Virus record (IMG/VR): IMGVR_UViG_3300034138_000059
Coordinates: 1-40,836 of that record
DNA from: a virus
DNA: 40,836 nt
Strand: one strand, 5' to 3'
This document shows positions 21,778-29,657 of this stretch, piece after piece (position 1 is the stretch's first letter; each line of letters opens with the position of its first letter). The notes under the pieces were generated by a model. It was not told the origin of the DNA and ran no database searches. It saw only the letters and a program-made list of their open reading frames with translations. The position numbers were made by a program, and so were the translations under genes.

Positions 21778-22116
21778 ATGCGCGAGCCCCGCCTCACCAG
21801 GGCACCTCGTCGGCCTGGCCGCGACGGTGCTGCATGGAAGGCCCTCTGCCAGCAGGTGCGGCGCGAGGAGGCCTCCTGTCGGTACTGCCGGAAGACCCTC
21901 CTCTGGGAGGCGCGTGTGGGGCACCCCGACAAGGGGGTCGTCGACCACATCGTTCCCCTGGAGCAGGGAGGCCCCGCCCTGGACAGGTCGAATCTGTGTG
22001 GTGCGTGCTGGCGCTGCAACACCCTGAAGGGGGCACGCACCCCTGCACAGTGGCTCGCCTCGCGAGGGGGTACAGGGGTGACCCTGGTACGGAGTCCCCC
22101 TCGGATCAGGGGGTGA
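21778..22116 (+). CDS. HNH endonuclease (112 aa)
   Basis: CRYC...DHIVPLEQGGP...NLCGACWRCNTLKG, a classic HNH/zinc motif. It sits just upstream of the terminase genes. Confidence 0.9.
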   Translation: MREPRLTRAPRRPGRDGAAWKALCQQVRREEASCRYCRKTLLWEARVGHPDKGVVDHIVPLEQGGPALDRSNLCGACWRCNTLKGARTPAQWLASRGGTGVTLVRSPPRIRG

Positions 22117-22319
22117 AGGGGCGCCGCGCCTCCACCCTGCATGCTGCGCTGACCGTGGTGTGGATCGTGCTCATCGTGCCCACCCTGTTGTGGTGGAGGG
22201 ATTCGATCCTGTGGGTACTGATCATGTCCCTCTGGGCGAACGTGGTCAGCCACGCCACCGCGTACGAAGCAGCACGAAGCAAGGAGATGCAGCGCCAGGA
22301 GGGCGATGCGTCAAGCTGA
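22113..22319 (+). CDS. Small membrane protein (68 aa, 2 TM helices)
   Basis: The GTG at 22113 overlaps the HNH stop (GTGA). Helices LTVVWIVLIVPTLLWW and ILWVLIMSLWANVV. Confidence 0.65.
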   Translation: MKGRRASTLHAALTVVWIVLIVPTLLWWRDSILWVLIMSLWANVVSHATAYEAARSKEMQRQEGDASS

Positions 22320-22497
22320 TTCAACGATCATGACCTCGATGCATCAGGGCAGGTCAGGGGCGTGATCATCAGAAACGTTTGCATCAGCGCAGGTCAGCCC
22401 CATGATTTTTTGGGGGCCGCCCGCCCGTCGACCCCACGCACAGTCGAAAAATCTCACACCGGGTAGCGCCTAGGGCGCCTGACGTCAGGAGGCCCCG
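22320..22497. other. Candidate cos / terminase recognition region
   Basis: Low-GC gap between the HNH block and terS. 17-bp direct repeat GCATCAG(G/C)GCAGGTCAG at 22341-22357 and 22381-22397. GATCAT motifs. T6 run at 22405-22411. Confidence 0.45.
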
Positions 22498-22929
22498 GTG
22501 CCCGAGGACCGCAAGGCCGTGACGCTCCGGCTCCCGCTCCCCCTCCTGAAGGCCATCGACACGGCCTGCCTGGCCGAGGGCACGCCCCGGCACGACTGGC
22601 TGGTCGCCGCCCTCTTCGTGGCGCTGGCCGAGGGGGCCGTCGAGCAGGACGTCGGGCACGTCGAGCGCAAGACCCGGCAGGACATCGAGGCGCTCGTCTG
22701 CTCGCACCCGATGGGCGAGTCGCTCGCGGCGATGGCCTTCAACCTGGCGCGCACCCTCGACCAGGGCGCCGGCCAGCTCCAGGCCGCGCTCGCCCGCGAG
22801 CTGCGCGCGACGCTGAACGACCTCGCGAAGTACGAGCACGGAGGGGCGCCGGATGACGACGACGCTCCAGACCTCGGCGCGCCCGCGCTGGGCAACGCCT
22901 CGGACGACGACCCGTCCGACCCTTGGTAG
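22498..22929 (+). CDS. terS: Terminase small subunit (143 aa)
   Basis: Sits immediately before the large subunit. N-terminal DNA-binding-like segment, helical middle, acidic tail. GTG with an AGGAGG RBS. Confidence 0.7.
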   Translation: MPEDRKAVTLRLPLPLLKAIDTACLAEGTPRHDWLVAALFVALAEGAVEQDVGHVERKTRQDIEALVCSHPMGESLAAMAFNLARTLDQGAGQLQAALARELRATLNDLAKYEHGGAPDDDDAPDLGAPALGNASDDDPSDPW

Positions 22930-24337
22930 GCAGGCCGCCGAGCTGACCGAGCACTACCTCGGCCGCCGGCTGATGCCCTGGCAGAAGCAGGTCGCCGCGG
23001 TCGCGCTGGAGGTCGACCCCGACACCCAGCTCCCGGCCTACCGCACGGTGGTCCTCACGGTCCCCCGGCAGTCCGGGAAGTCGACCTTGATCCTGAGCCT
23101 GTTCCTCCAGCGCTGCATGAGCGAGTTCTGGAAGGCGAGCGGTCGGCCGGACGGCCCGACGCCGGGGCGTCAGCGCTGCATCTACGCGGCGCAGACGCAG
23201 AAGGACGCCCGGCAGAAGTGGGAGTCCGACTACGTCGCCGACATGGAGGCGAGCCCGAAGCTCGCCGGCAAGTTCGACGTCTACCGCGGCTCCGGCCGCG
23301 AGTCGATCCGCTTCCCGAACCGCTCCTCGATCGGCATCACGGCGAACACCGAGAAGGCCGCGCACGGCCAGGTGCTCGACATGCCGGTCGTGGACGAGGC
23401 CTTCTCGCTGGTCGACGACCGGCTCGACCAGGCCTTCGTCCCGGCCATGTCGACCCGCCGACAGGGCCAGCTCTGGATCGTCTCGACGGCCGGCACTCCG
23501 GACTCCTTGTACCTGAAGGCGAAGGTCGACAAGGGCCGCGAGCTGGTCGAGGCCGGCACGACGAGCGGGCTCGCCTACTTCGAGTGGAGCGCGCCCGAGG
23601 ACGCCGACCCCGACGACGAGGAGGCCTGGGCGCGCTGCATGCCCGCCCTCGGCCACACGATCGACCTCTCGGTCGTGCGTGCCGCGCGCCAGACGCTCTC
23701 CACCGGGGAGTTCCAGCGCGCCTACCTCAATCAGTGGATCGACCGCGACGCCGGGGAGCGGGTCATCTCGGCCGAGCACTGGAATCGCTCCTTCGACCCC
23801 GACTCGGAGGTCGAGGGCCGGGTCGTCCTCTCGCTCGACGTCAGCCGCGACCGCGACTGGTCGTGCATCGGCATGGCCGGTCACCGCGACAACCGCGAGC
23901 GCGTCCACGTCCAGACCGTCGCACACGGCCCCGGCACCGACTGGGTCGTCCGCGAGCTGGGCCACCTGCGCGAGCAGGTCGGCCCCCGGGTCCTGGTGCT
24001 CGACGCCGCCGGCCCCGCCGGCTCCATGCTCCCCGAGCTGGTCGCCGACGGCTGGGAGCTGGGCGAGACCCTGATCGTGACCGGCGCCCGCGAGATGGCC
24101 CAGGCCTGCGGCGCCTTCTACGACGACGTCGTCAACGACCGGGTCCGCCACGTCCGCCAGCCTGAGCTGGAGGCCGCGGTCAGCGCCGGCCGCAAGCGCG
24201 AGCTACTCGATACCTGGGCCTGGGGCCGCAAGGCCTCCAGCTCGGACATCACGCCCCTGGTCGGCGTGACGCTCGCGCACTGGGCGCTCTCCGTGAAGCC
24301 CGACAAGTCCTACGACCCGCTGAAGAGCTTCTACTGA
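22853..24337 (+). CDS. terL: Terminase large subunit (494 aa)
   Basis: Walker A VPRQSGKST. Walker B-like MPVVDEAF. C-terminal nuclease-like region (LSLDVSRDRDW). GGAGG RBS before the ATG at 22853. Overlaps terS by 77 nt. Confidence 0.9.
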   Translation: MTTTLQTSARPRWATPRTTTRPTLGRQAAELTEHYLGRRLMPWQKQVAAVALEVDPDTQLPAYRTVVLTVPRQSGKSTLILSLFLQRCMSEFWKASGRPDGPTPGRQRCIYAAQTQKDARQKWESDYVADMEASPKLAGKFDVYRGSGRESIRFPNRSSIGITANTEKAAHGQVLDMPVVDEAFSLVDDRLDQAFVPAMSTRRQGQLWIVSTAGTPDSLYLKAKVDKGRELVEAGTTSGLAYFEWSAPEDADPDDEEAWARCMPALGHTIDLSVVRAARQTLSTGEFQRAYLNQWIDRDAGERVISAEHWNRSFDPDSEVEGRVVLSLDVSRDRDWSCIGMAGHRDNRERVHVQTVAHGPGTDWVVRELGHLREQVGPRVLVLDAAGPAGSMLPELVADGWELGETLIVTGAREMAQACGAFYDDVVNDRVRHVRQPELEAAVSAGRKRELLDTWAWGRKASSSDITPLVGVTLAHWALSVKPDKSYDPLKSFY

Positions 24338-24350
24338 CCAGGAGGTCGCC

Positions 24351-24545
24351 GTGTTCATCGCCCGCGCGACCTCCCTCCTGGAGCTGCTCGGGGCCGCCCT
24401 GATCTCGGCCGCCGTGGCCCTCGGCGTGTACGAGCGTGCGGGGCTGGTCGTCGCCCTGCTCGTCGGGGGCCTCCTGGCCTTCGGCTGGTCCTTCCTGTTC
24501 GGCGCCGTCCACCGTGAAGACCCCCTGGTCGAGGAGGCCCCGTGA
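24351..24545 (+). CDS. Small membrane protein (64 aa)
   Basis: Track ORF, GTG with an AGGAGG RBS, two hydrophobic helices. Confidence 0.7.
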   Translation: MFIARATSLLELLGAALISAAVALGVYERAGLVVALLVGGLLAFGWSFLFGAVHREDPLVEEAP

Positions 24546-25699
24546 GCCTCCTGCGACGCCGCCGGGTCGAGAGCCGGGCGACCACCTTCCAGAACTACTG
24601 GGGAGCCGGCGCCGACCAGCGGTATGCGGGCGACCCGCTCTCCCTGGTGCCGCTCTTCGCGGCCCAGCGGATCATCATCGACGCCGTCAGCTCGACCCCG
24701 CTGCACGCCTACCGCGAGCGCGACGGGATCACCGAGAAGGTGCCCCGCCAGCCCCCGCTGCTCACCACGCCGGTCTGGGGCACGCCGGCCACCTGGAAGG
24801 CCCAGGCCGTCGCCTCCCTGCTCGCCGACGGCAACGCCTTCGGGCTCGTCACGAGCCGCGGCACCGACGGCTGGCCGACCAGCCTGGTCTGGCTCGACCC
24901 GCGGCACGTCACCATCGAGGACGACAACGGCCTGCCGGCCTACCTGCTCGACCAGCGGCCGATCGACTCCGCGGACATCGTCCACATCCCGTGGATCGTC
25001 CCGCCGGGCTCCTGGCGGGGCCTGAACCCGATCTCGGCCTTCCGCTCGACGCTGGAGACCGGCCAGCACGCCCAGCTCACGGCGCGCGACTGGTTCGCGA
25101 ACGGGGCCATCCCGAGCGGCCACATGAAGAACACCCAGCTCCAGCTCGACCCGGCCCAGACCGAGGAGCTGAAGGCCCGCTTCAAGGCCTCCGTCGCGAA
25201 CCGCGAAGTCCTCCTGACCGGCAACGACTGGGATTACAGCACGATCGGCATCCCGGCCGACCAGATCCAGTTCATCGAGACCCTGAAGCTCTCGGCGACC
25301 CAGATCGCCGTGATCTACGGCGTCCCGCCGGAGGAGATCGGCGGCGAGACCGGCTCCTCGCTCACCTACAAGACGCTGGAGCAGACCGAACTCCGGTTCA
25401 ACTCCCGGGTCGTGCAGCCCTGGGCCGTGCGGATCGAGCAGGCCCTGTCGACCCTGATGCCGCGCCCGGTGTTCGCCCGGTTCAACCTCGACGCCACGGT
25501 CCGCTCGGACAGCATCACCCGCGCCCAGGTCCACGAGATCAACCTGCGGACCGGCATCGAGACCCTCGACGAGGGCCGCGCGCTGGAGAACCGCCGTCCC
25601 CTGACGGCGGCCGAGAAGGAAGCCCTGAAGCCCCCCGCACCAGCGCCGGCCCCGCCGGCCGCCCCCGAGGAGGAGGACGACGATGACCCGACCGACTGA
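24542..25699 (+). CDS. Portal protein, HK97-type (385 aa)
   Basis: Position after terL, size, and portal-like segments (DWFANGAIPSGHMKN, LKLSATQIAVIYGVPPEEIG). Acidic C-terminus. Confidence 0.85.
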   Translation: MSLLRRRRVESRATTFQNYWGAGADQRYAGDPLSLVPLFAAQRIIIDAVSSTPLHAYRERDGITEKVPRQPPLLTTPVWGTPATWKAQAVASLLADGNAFGLVTSRGTDGWPTSLVWLDPRHVTIEDDNGLPAYLLDQRPIDSADIVHIPWIVPPGSWRGLNPISAFRSTLETGQHAQLTARDWFANGAIPSGHMKNTQLQLDPAQTEELKARFKASVANREVLLTGNDWDYSTIGIPADQIQFIETLKLSATQIAVIYGVPPEEIGGETGSSLTYKTLEQTELRFNSRVVQPWAVRIEQALSTLMPRPVFARFNLDATVRSDSITRAQVHEINLRTGIETLDEGRALENRRPLTAAEKEALKPPAPAPAPPAAPEEEDDDDPTD

Positions 25700-26381
25700 G
25701 ACCCGGTCCACGACCGGCACGGTCGAGCTTCGCGCGGCCGACACCGGCCTCGGCCGGCTCGGCGGGTACGCCCTGAAGTGGCGCACCCTGAGCCAGAACC
25801 TCGGCGGCTTCGTCGAGACGATCGAGCTGGACGCCGTCGACGACCAGACCGTCCGCGGCGAGCGCGGCGACGTCGTCGCGCGCTACCAGCACGACGATCA
25901 GTACCTGCTCGGCCGGCTCGTCTCCTCGACGCTCCGGCTGTCGAAGGACGCCGTCGGGGTTGAGTACGACGTCGACCTGCCCGAGACCAGCTACGCCCGG
26001 GACGTCCGGGCGCTCGCCGAGCGCGGCGACCTGCGGTACTCGTCCTTCGCCTTCCGTGTGCTCGACGAGGACTGGGACTACACGGACCAGGGCTTCCCCC
26101 TGCGGGTGCTGCGCTCGATCCAGCTCGTCGACGTGGCCCCGGTGGTCAACCCGGCCTACATGGATACGACGACCGGCCTCCGGCACCTCGCCGAGAAGCG
26201 CGGGCTCGACGTCGACACCGTGCTGAAGGCCGCCTCGGTCGACGAGCTGGACGTCCTCCTGCGGGCGGGGGCGCCGACCGTGATCGACACCAAGACCTCC
26301 GGGAGCAGCGGACAGGGCGCCACCCACCCGCCGCTTTCGGTTCGCCGGCTCCGCATGGAGCTGGCCCGCAAGGCCCTCTGA
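25683..26381 (+). CDS. Capsid maturation (prohead) protease, HK97 S78-type (232 aa)
   Basis: GYALKWRTLSQNLGGFVETI, VARYQHD and YSSFAFRV segments typical of the HK97 gp4 family. Sits between portal and capsid. Confidence 0.8.
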   Translation: MTRPTETRSTTGTVELRAADTGLGRLGGYALKWRTLSQNLGGFVETIELDAVDDQTVRGERGDVVARYQHDDQYLLGRLVSSTLRLSKDAVGVEYDVDLPETSYARDVRALAERGDLRYSSFAFRVLDEDWDYTDQGFPLRVLRSIQLVDVAPVVNPAYMDTTTGLRHLAEKRGLDVDTVLKAASVDELDVLLRAGAPTVIDTKTSGSSGQGATHPPLSVRRLRMELARKAL

Positions 26382-26481
26382 CGGCAGGGCGCCACCCACC
26401 GTCGAACGACCGACAACTCTTCCTCGCGCCACCGGCCGCCACCTGGGCGGCGGGGCGCATCGACCTGCCCTGGAGGGCATC

Positions 26482-27705
26482 GTGGACCGTATTCAGGCCC
26501 TGCTGGAGCAGCGGGCGAACATCTACAGCGGCATGACCGCCATCGTCGACCTGGCGACCTCCGAGAAGCGCGAGCTGACCGGCGAGGAGAACGCCGAGTT
26601 CGAGCGTCGCAACGGCGATCTCGACCGGCTCGACGCCCAGGTGAAGGCCCTCACCGAGGGCGAGAAGCGCGCCCAGGACGCCCAGGACGCCCTCTCGGAG
26701 ATCCGGAGCCGTGAGCCCCGCCCCGGCAGCACCCCGGGGCAGGAGAGCGACGTCTCGAAGCGCCTGCGCTCCTTCCTGAAGGGCGAGACCCGGACCTTCG
26801 AGGTCAAGGCCGACGGCCCCGTCGACTTCCGCGTGCTGTCGAAGCTGTCGGCCGGCGCGGGCGCGAACACGGTCAAGACCAGCTTCTACGAGCGGCTGAT
26901 GCAGCACTTCATCGAGGTCGCCGGCATCATGCAGCTCGGCCCGACCGTGCTGAACACCACCTCGGGCGAGCAGATCCTGGTCCCGAAGACCACCGGCCAC
27001 TCGACCGCCTCCCTGGTGGCCGAGGCCGGCACCATCGCCGCGAGCGACCCGGCCTTCGGCCAGATGCCGCTCGACGCCTACAAGTACGCGACGCTCTTCC
27101 AGGTCTCCTCGGAGCTGCTCCAGGACACTTCGGTCGACATCGAGGGCTACCTCTCGATGCAGGCCGGTCGCGCCGTGGGCAACGCCTTCGGCACGCACGC
27201 CATCACCGGCACCGGGACCAACCAGCCGAACGGCGTCATGACCGCGGCCACCGTCGGTGTCACCGGGGCGGCCTCGGTCGTCGGCGCCTTCACGGCCGAC
27301 AACCTGATCGACCTCTTCTACTCCGTCATCGCGCCGTACCGGAACAGCCCGTCGGCCGGCTGGCTGATGCGCGACGCCACGGTCGGCAACGTCCGGAAGC
27401 TGAAGGACTCGGCGGGTCAGTACCTCTGGCAGCCCAGCCTCCAGGTCGGTGTGCCGGATACCTTCCTCGGCAAGCCGATCGCCACCGACCCGAACGTCGG
27501 CGCGGTCGCGCTCTCCGCGAGGAGCGTCGCCTTCGGCGACTTCAGCCGGTACATGGTCCGGCTCGTGAACGGCGTCCGGTTCGAGCGGAGCGACGACTTC
27601 GCCTTCAACACCGATCTCGCCACCTACCGCTGCATCATGCGGGCGGACGGCGACCTGGCCGACACGACCGGCGCGATCAAGGTCTTCGTCGGCAACGCGG
27701 CCTGA
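26482..27705 (+). CDS. Major capsid protein, HK97 fold, with N-terminal coiled-coil delta domain (407 aa)
   Basis: Position and size. Coiled-coil N-terminus. LVAEAGTIAASDPAFGQMPLDAYKYATLFQVSSELLQD. Followed by a strong terminator. Confidence 0.9.
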   Translation: MDRIQALLEQRANIYSGMTAIVDLATSEKRELTGEENAEFERRNGDLDRLDAQVKALTEGEKRAQDAQDALSEIRSREPRPGSTPGQESDVSKRLRSFLKGETRTFEVKADGPVDFRVLSKLSAGAGANTVKTSFYERLMQHFIEVAGIMQLGPTVLNTTSGEQILVPKTTGHSTASLVAEAGTIAASDPAFGQMPLDAYKYATLFQVSSELLQDTSVDIEGYLSMQAGRAVGNAFGTHAITGTGTNQPNGVMTAATVGVTGAASVVGAFTADNLIDLFYSVIAPYRNSPSAGWLMRDATVGNVRKLKDSAGQYLWQPSLQVGVPDTFLGKPIATDPNVGAVALSARSVAFGDFSRYMVRLVNGVRFERSDDFAFNTDLATYRCIMRADGDLADTTGAIKVFVGNAA

Positions 27706-27711
27706 TCCACC

Positions 27712-27739
27712 CCGGGCGGGGGCTTCGGCCCCCGCCCGG
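27712..27739 (+). terminator. Intrinsic terminator after the capsid gene
   Basis: CCGGGCGGGGGC, TTCG loop, GCCCCCGCCCGG. Perfect 12-bp stem. Confidence 0.85.
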
Positions 27740-27808
27740 ACCGCTCCAGACATCGACAGGTAATGCGAGTTATCTGTCACTCAGTCCCCCGATCAAGGAG
27801 AACCTGTC

Positions 27809-28366
27809 ATGGCACGAGTCGTGCTCGCCGCGGACATCAGCGGCACCAGGGACGGGAAGAGCTGGCCCCCGCGGGGGACCGAGGTCGACCTGCCCGACAC
27901 CGAGGCCGCGGACATGGTCCGGGCCGGCACCGCCTACGAGCTGGACGACGAGCGCGTCGCCTCCACCCGTGGCGGCGTCTTCACGAAGCTGGAGCTGGCC
28001 GGGGCGCCCACCGGGCGCGAGTCGACCGACGGCCAGCCGGACACCAACCTCGCCCGCGCCCAGGCCATCGGCCAGGGCGAGCAGGCCCGCCCCGTCGCCC
28101 GCGCGGCGGCCGAGGAGACCGGCTACGTCGACGAGAACCTGATCCCCGGGCGGGCCGGCGGCCCGACCGTCGGCGACGGCGAGGACAACCCGACCGCGAG
28201 CACCCGCGCGGCCGACGAGGCACCGAAGACCGTCGCGCCCCCGGCCAAGACCGAGGGCTCGAAGGGCAACGACACCCCGGAGACCGCTCGCGCCTCGGAG
28301 GCCGACGTCGAGACCGGCACCGCTCGCGGCACCGTCCGGCGCGGCGGCCCCGGCAACGGTCGCTGA
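27809..28366 (+). CDS. Hypothetical 185-aa head-module protein with disordered C-terminal half
   Basis: Track ORF with an AAGGAGA RBS. Folded-looking N-terminal 50 aa, then low complexity. Confidence 0.75.
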   Translation: MARVVLAADISGTRDGKSWPPRGTEVDLPDTEAADMVRAGTAYELDDERVASTRGGVFTKLELAGAPTGRESTDGQPDTNLARAQAIGQGEQARPVARAAAEETGYVDENLIPGRAGGPTVGDGEDNPTASTRAADEAPKTVAPPAKTEGSKGNDTPETARASEADVETGTARGTVRRGGPGNGR

Positions 28367-28381
28367 AGCGTCACCGGGGCT

Positions 28382-28417
28382 CCAGGACGCCTTCGGCTTC
28401 GGTCGAGGGCGTCCTGG
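28382..28417 (+). terminator. Hairpin (10-bp stem)
   Basis: CCAGGACGCC 28382-28391 pairs with GGCGTCCTGG 28408-28417. Confidence 0.5.
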
Positions 28418-28475
28418 GGGCTTCCGGGCTTGATCGACTTCTGTCAGAACGATTCTGAGCGCGATCGGGGGCGAC

Positions 28476-28682
28476 ATGGCCGGCTCCATCGCCGCTTCCA
28501 CCCGTTCCGCCGGGGGCGCGAGCGTCCAGGCCTTCACCCGGCCCGGCGGCGGCTCTCCTGGCTCCCTGTACGACGTGGCCCTGTACGACGTGGCCCTGTA
28601 CGACGACCCCGCGGCCCCGACCACCACCTACGGCACCGCGGGCGGCTCTGTGCGGGCCGTCGGAACCCTGACCGGAGGTTGA
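28476..28682 (+). CDS. Hypothetical 68-aa protein containing the tandem LYDVA repeat
   Basis: Track ORF. High GC3 when read by eye. 15-bp tandem repeat CTGTACGACGTGGCC x2.8 at 28566-28607. Confidence 0.6.
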   Translation: MAGSIAASTRSAGGASVQAFTRPGGGSPGSLYDVALYDVALYDDPAAPTTTYGTAGGSVRAVGTLTGG

Positions 28683-28686
28683 ACCC

Positions 28687-29646
28687 GTGACCACTGCCTA
28701 CCCGACCGGGATCGACCTCTTCACGACGAAGGTCTCCGGCGCGCCGGTCGGCTCGGCGCACGTCAACGACCTTCAGGACGCCGTCGAGGCGATCCAGGAG
28801 ACGCTCGGCACCAGCCCCCAGGGCGCCGCGGCCTCCGTGAAGGCCCGGATCGCCGCCGTGGAAACCACGGCCGGGGCCGCCGCGACGAGCGCGACCGTGA
28901 CCGCCCTCGACGGCCGGGTGACCACCGTCGAGACCGTCGCGGCAGCCGCCGCGACCGCCGCGAGCGTGACCGCCCTGCTCCCTCGTCTGGAGCCCGCCGG
29001 GGGCTCGACGGGCCAGGTGCTCACGAAGTCGAGCGCCACCGACTACGACACCGCCTGGACGACCGTGAGCGGCGGGAGTGGCGACGCGCCTCCCGGCTGG
29101 GTCAGCAACCGCTACTACGGCAACAGCCCCGCGGCGAACAGCTCGTCTACCGGCGCGCTCAACAGCCTCTACGTCGCCCCGATCTACATCCCGAACTCGA
29201 TCGCCATCGACTCGCTCACCTTCGAGGTCACGGTCGCGGCCGGCGCGGGCGGCGTGGTCCGGCTCGGCGTCTACACGATGGGCGCGGACGGCCTGCCGGG
29301 CACGCTCGTCTGCGAGACCCCGACGATCTCCACGACCTCGACCGGGATCAAGACCGGCGCCGTGAGTTCCACCATCCCGGCGGCCGGGTGGTACTGGGTC
29401 GGCGGCGTCCCCCAGGTCGCGGCCTGCACCTACCGGACCGTGAGCGCCTGGCACCCCTTCGCCTACTCCGGGCTCAGCGCGCCTTCCACGAACATGATCC
29501 ACGCTGGGTACCTCTCGGTCGACGCCGCGAACTCTGCGACCACCGTCACGGGCGCGCTCCCCGCGGCCTTCACGGCCCCTGGCATGACCCCGTTCCGGGC
29601 CGCCTTGACCTCGGCCCCGCCCCGGATCTTCATCCACACCACCTGA
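28687..29646 (+). CDS. Fiber-like protein located in the head module (319 aa)
   Basis: N-terminal AHVNDLQDAVEAIQETLG motif and Ala/Thr/Val coiled segment, as in actinophage tail-fiber or minor-tail proteins. GQVLTKSSATDYDTAW. GTG with a GGAGG RBS. Confidence 0.7.
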   Translation: MTTAYPTGIDLFTTKVSGAPVGSAHVNDLQDAVEAIQETLGTSPQGAAASVKARIAAVETTAGAAATSATVTALDGRVTTVETVAAAAATAASVTALLPRLEPAGGSTGQVLTKSSATDYDTAWTTVSGGSGDAPPGWVSNRYYGNSPAANSSSTGALNSLYVAPIYIPNSIAIDSLTFEVTVAAGAGGVVRLGVYTMGADGLPGTLVCETPTISTTSTGIKTGAVSSTIPAAGWYWVGGVPQVAACTYRTVSAWHPFAYSGLSAPSTNMIHAGYLSVDAANSATTVTGALPAAFTAPGMTPFRAALTSAPPRIFIHTT

Positions 29647-29657
29647 TCGGAGGCACC

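Noticed and set aside
22466-22480. GCGCCTAGGGCGCCT as a possible cosN-like palindrome
   Set aside because: Only a 5-bp inverted repeat (GCGCC/GGCGC) and a 6-bp direct repeat are present. This is too short to be meaningful in GC-rich DNA.
22973-24337. Later terL start at the ATG at 22973, which would avoid the 77-nt overlap with terS
   Set aside because: It would remove the conserved-looking N-terminal segment (LGRQAAELTEHYLGRRLMPWQKQ). The ATG at 22853 has a GGAGG RBS. Overlapping terS/terL genes are common.
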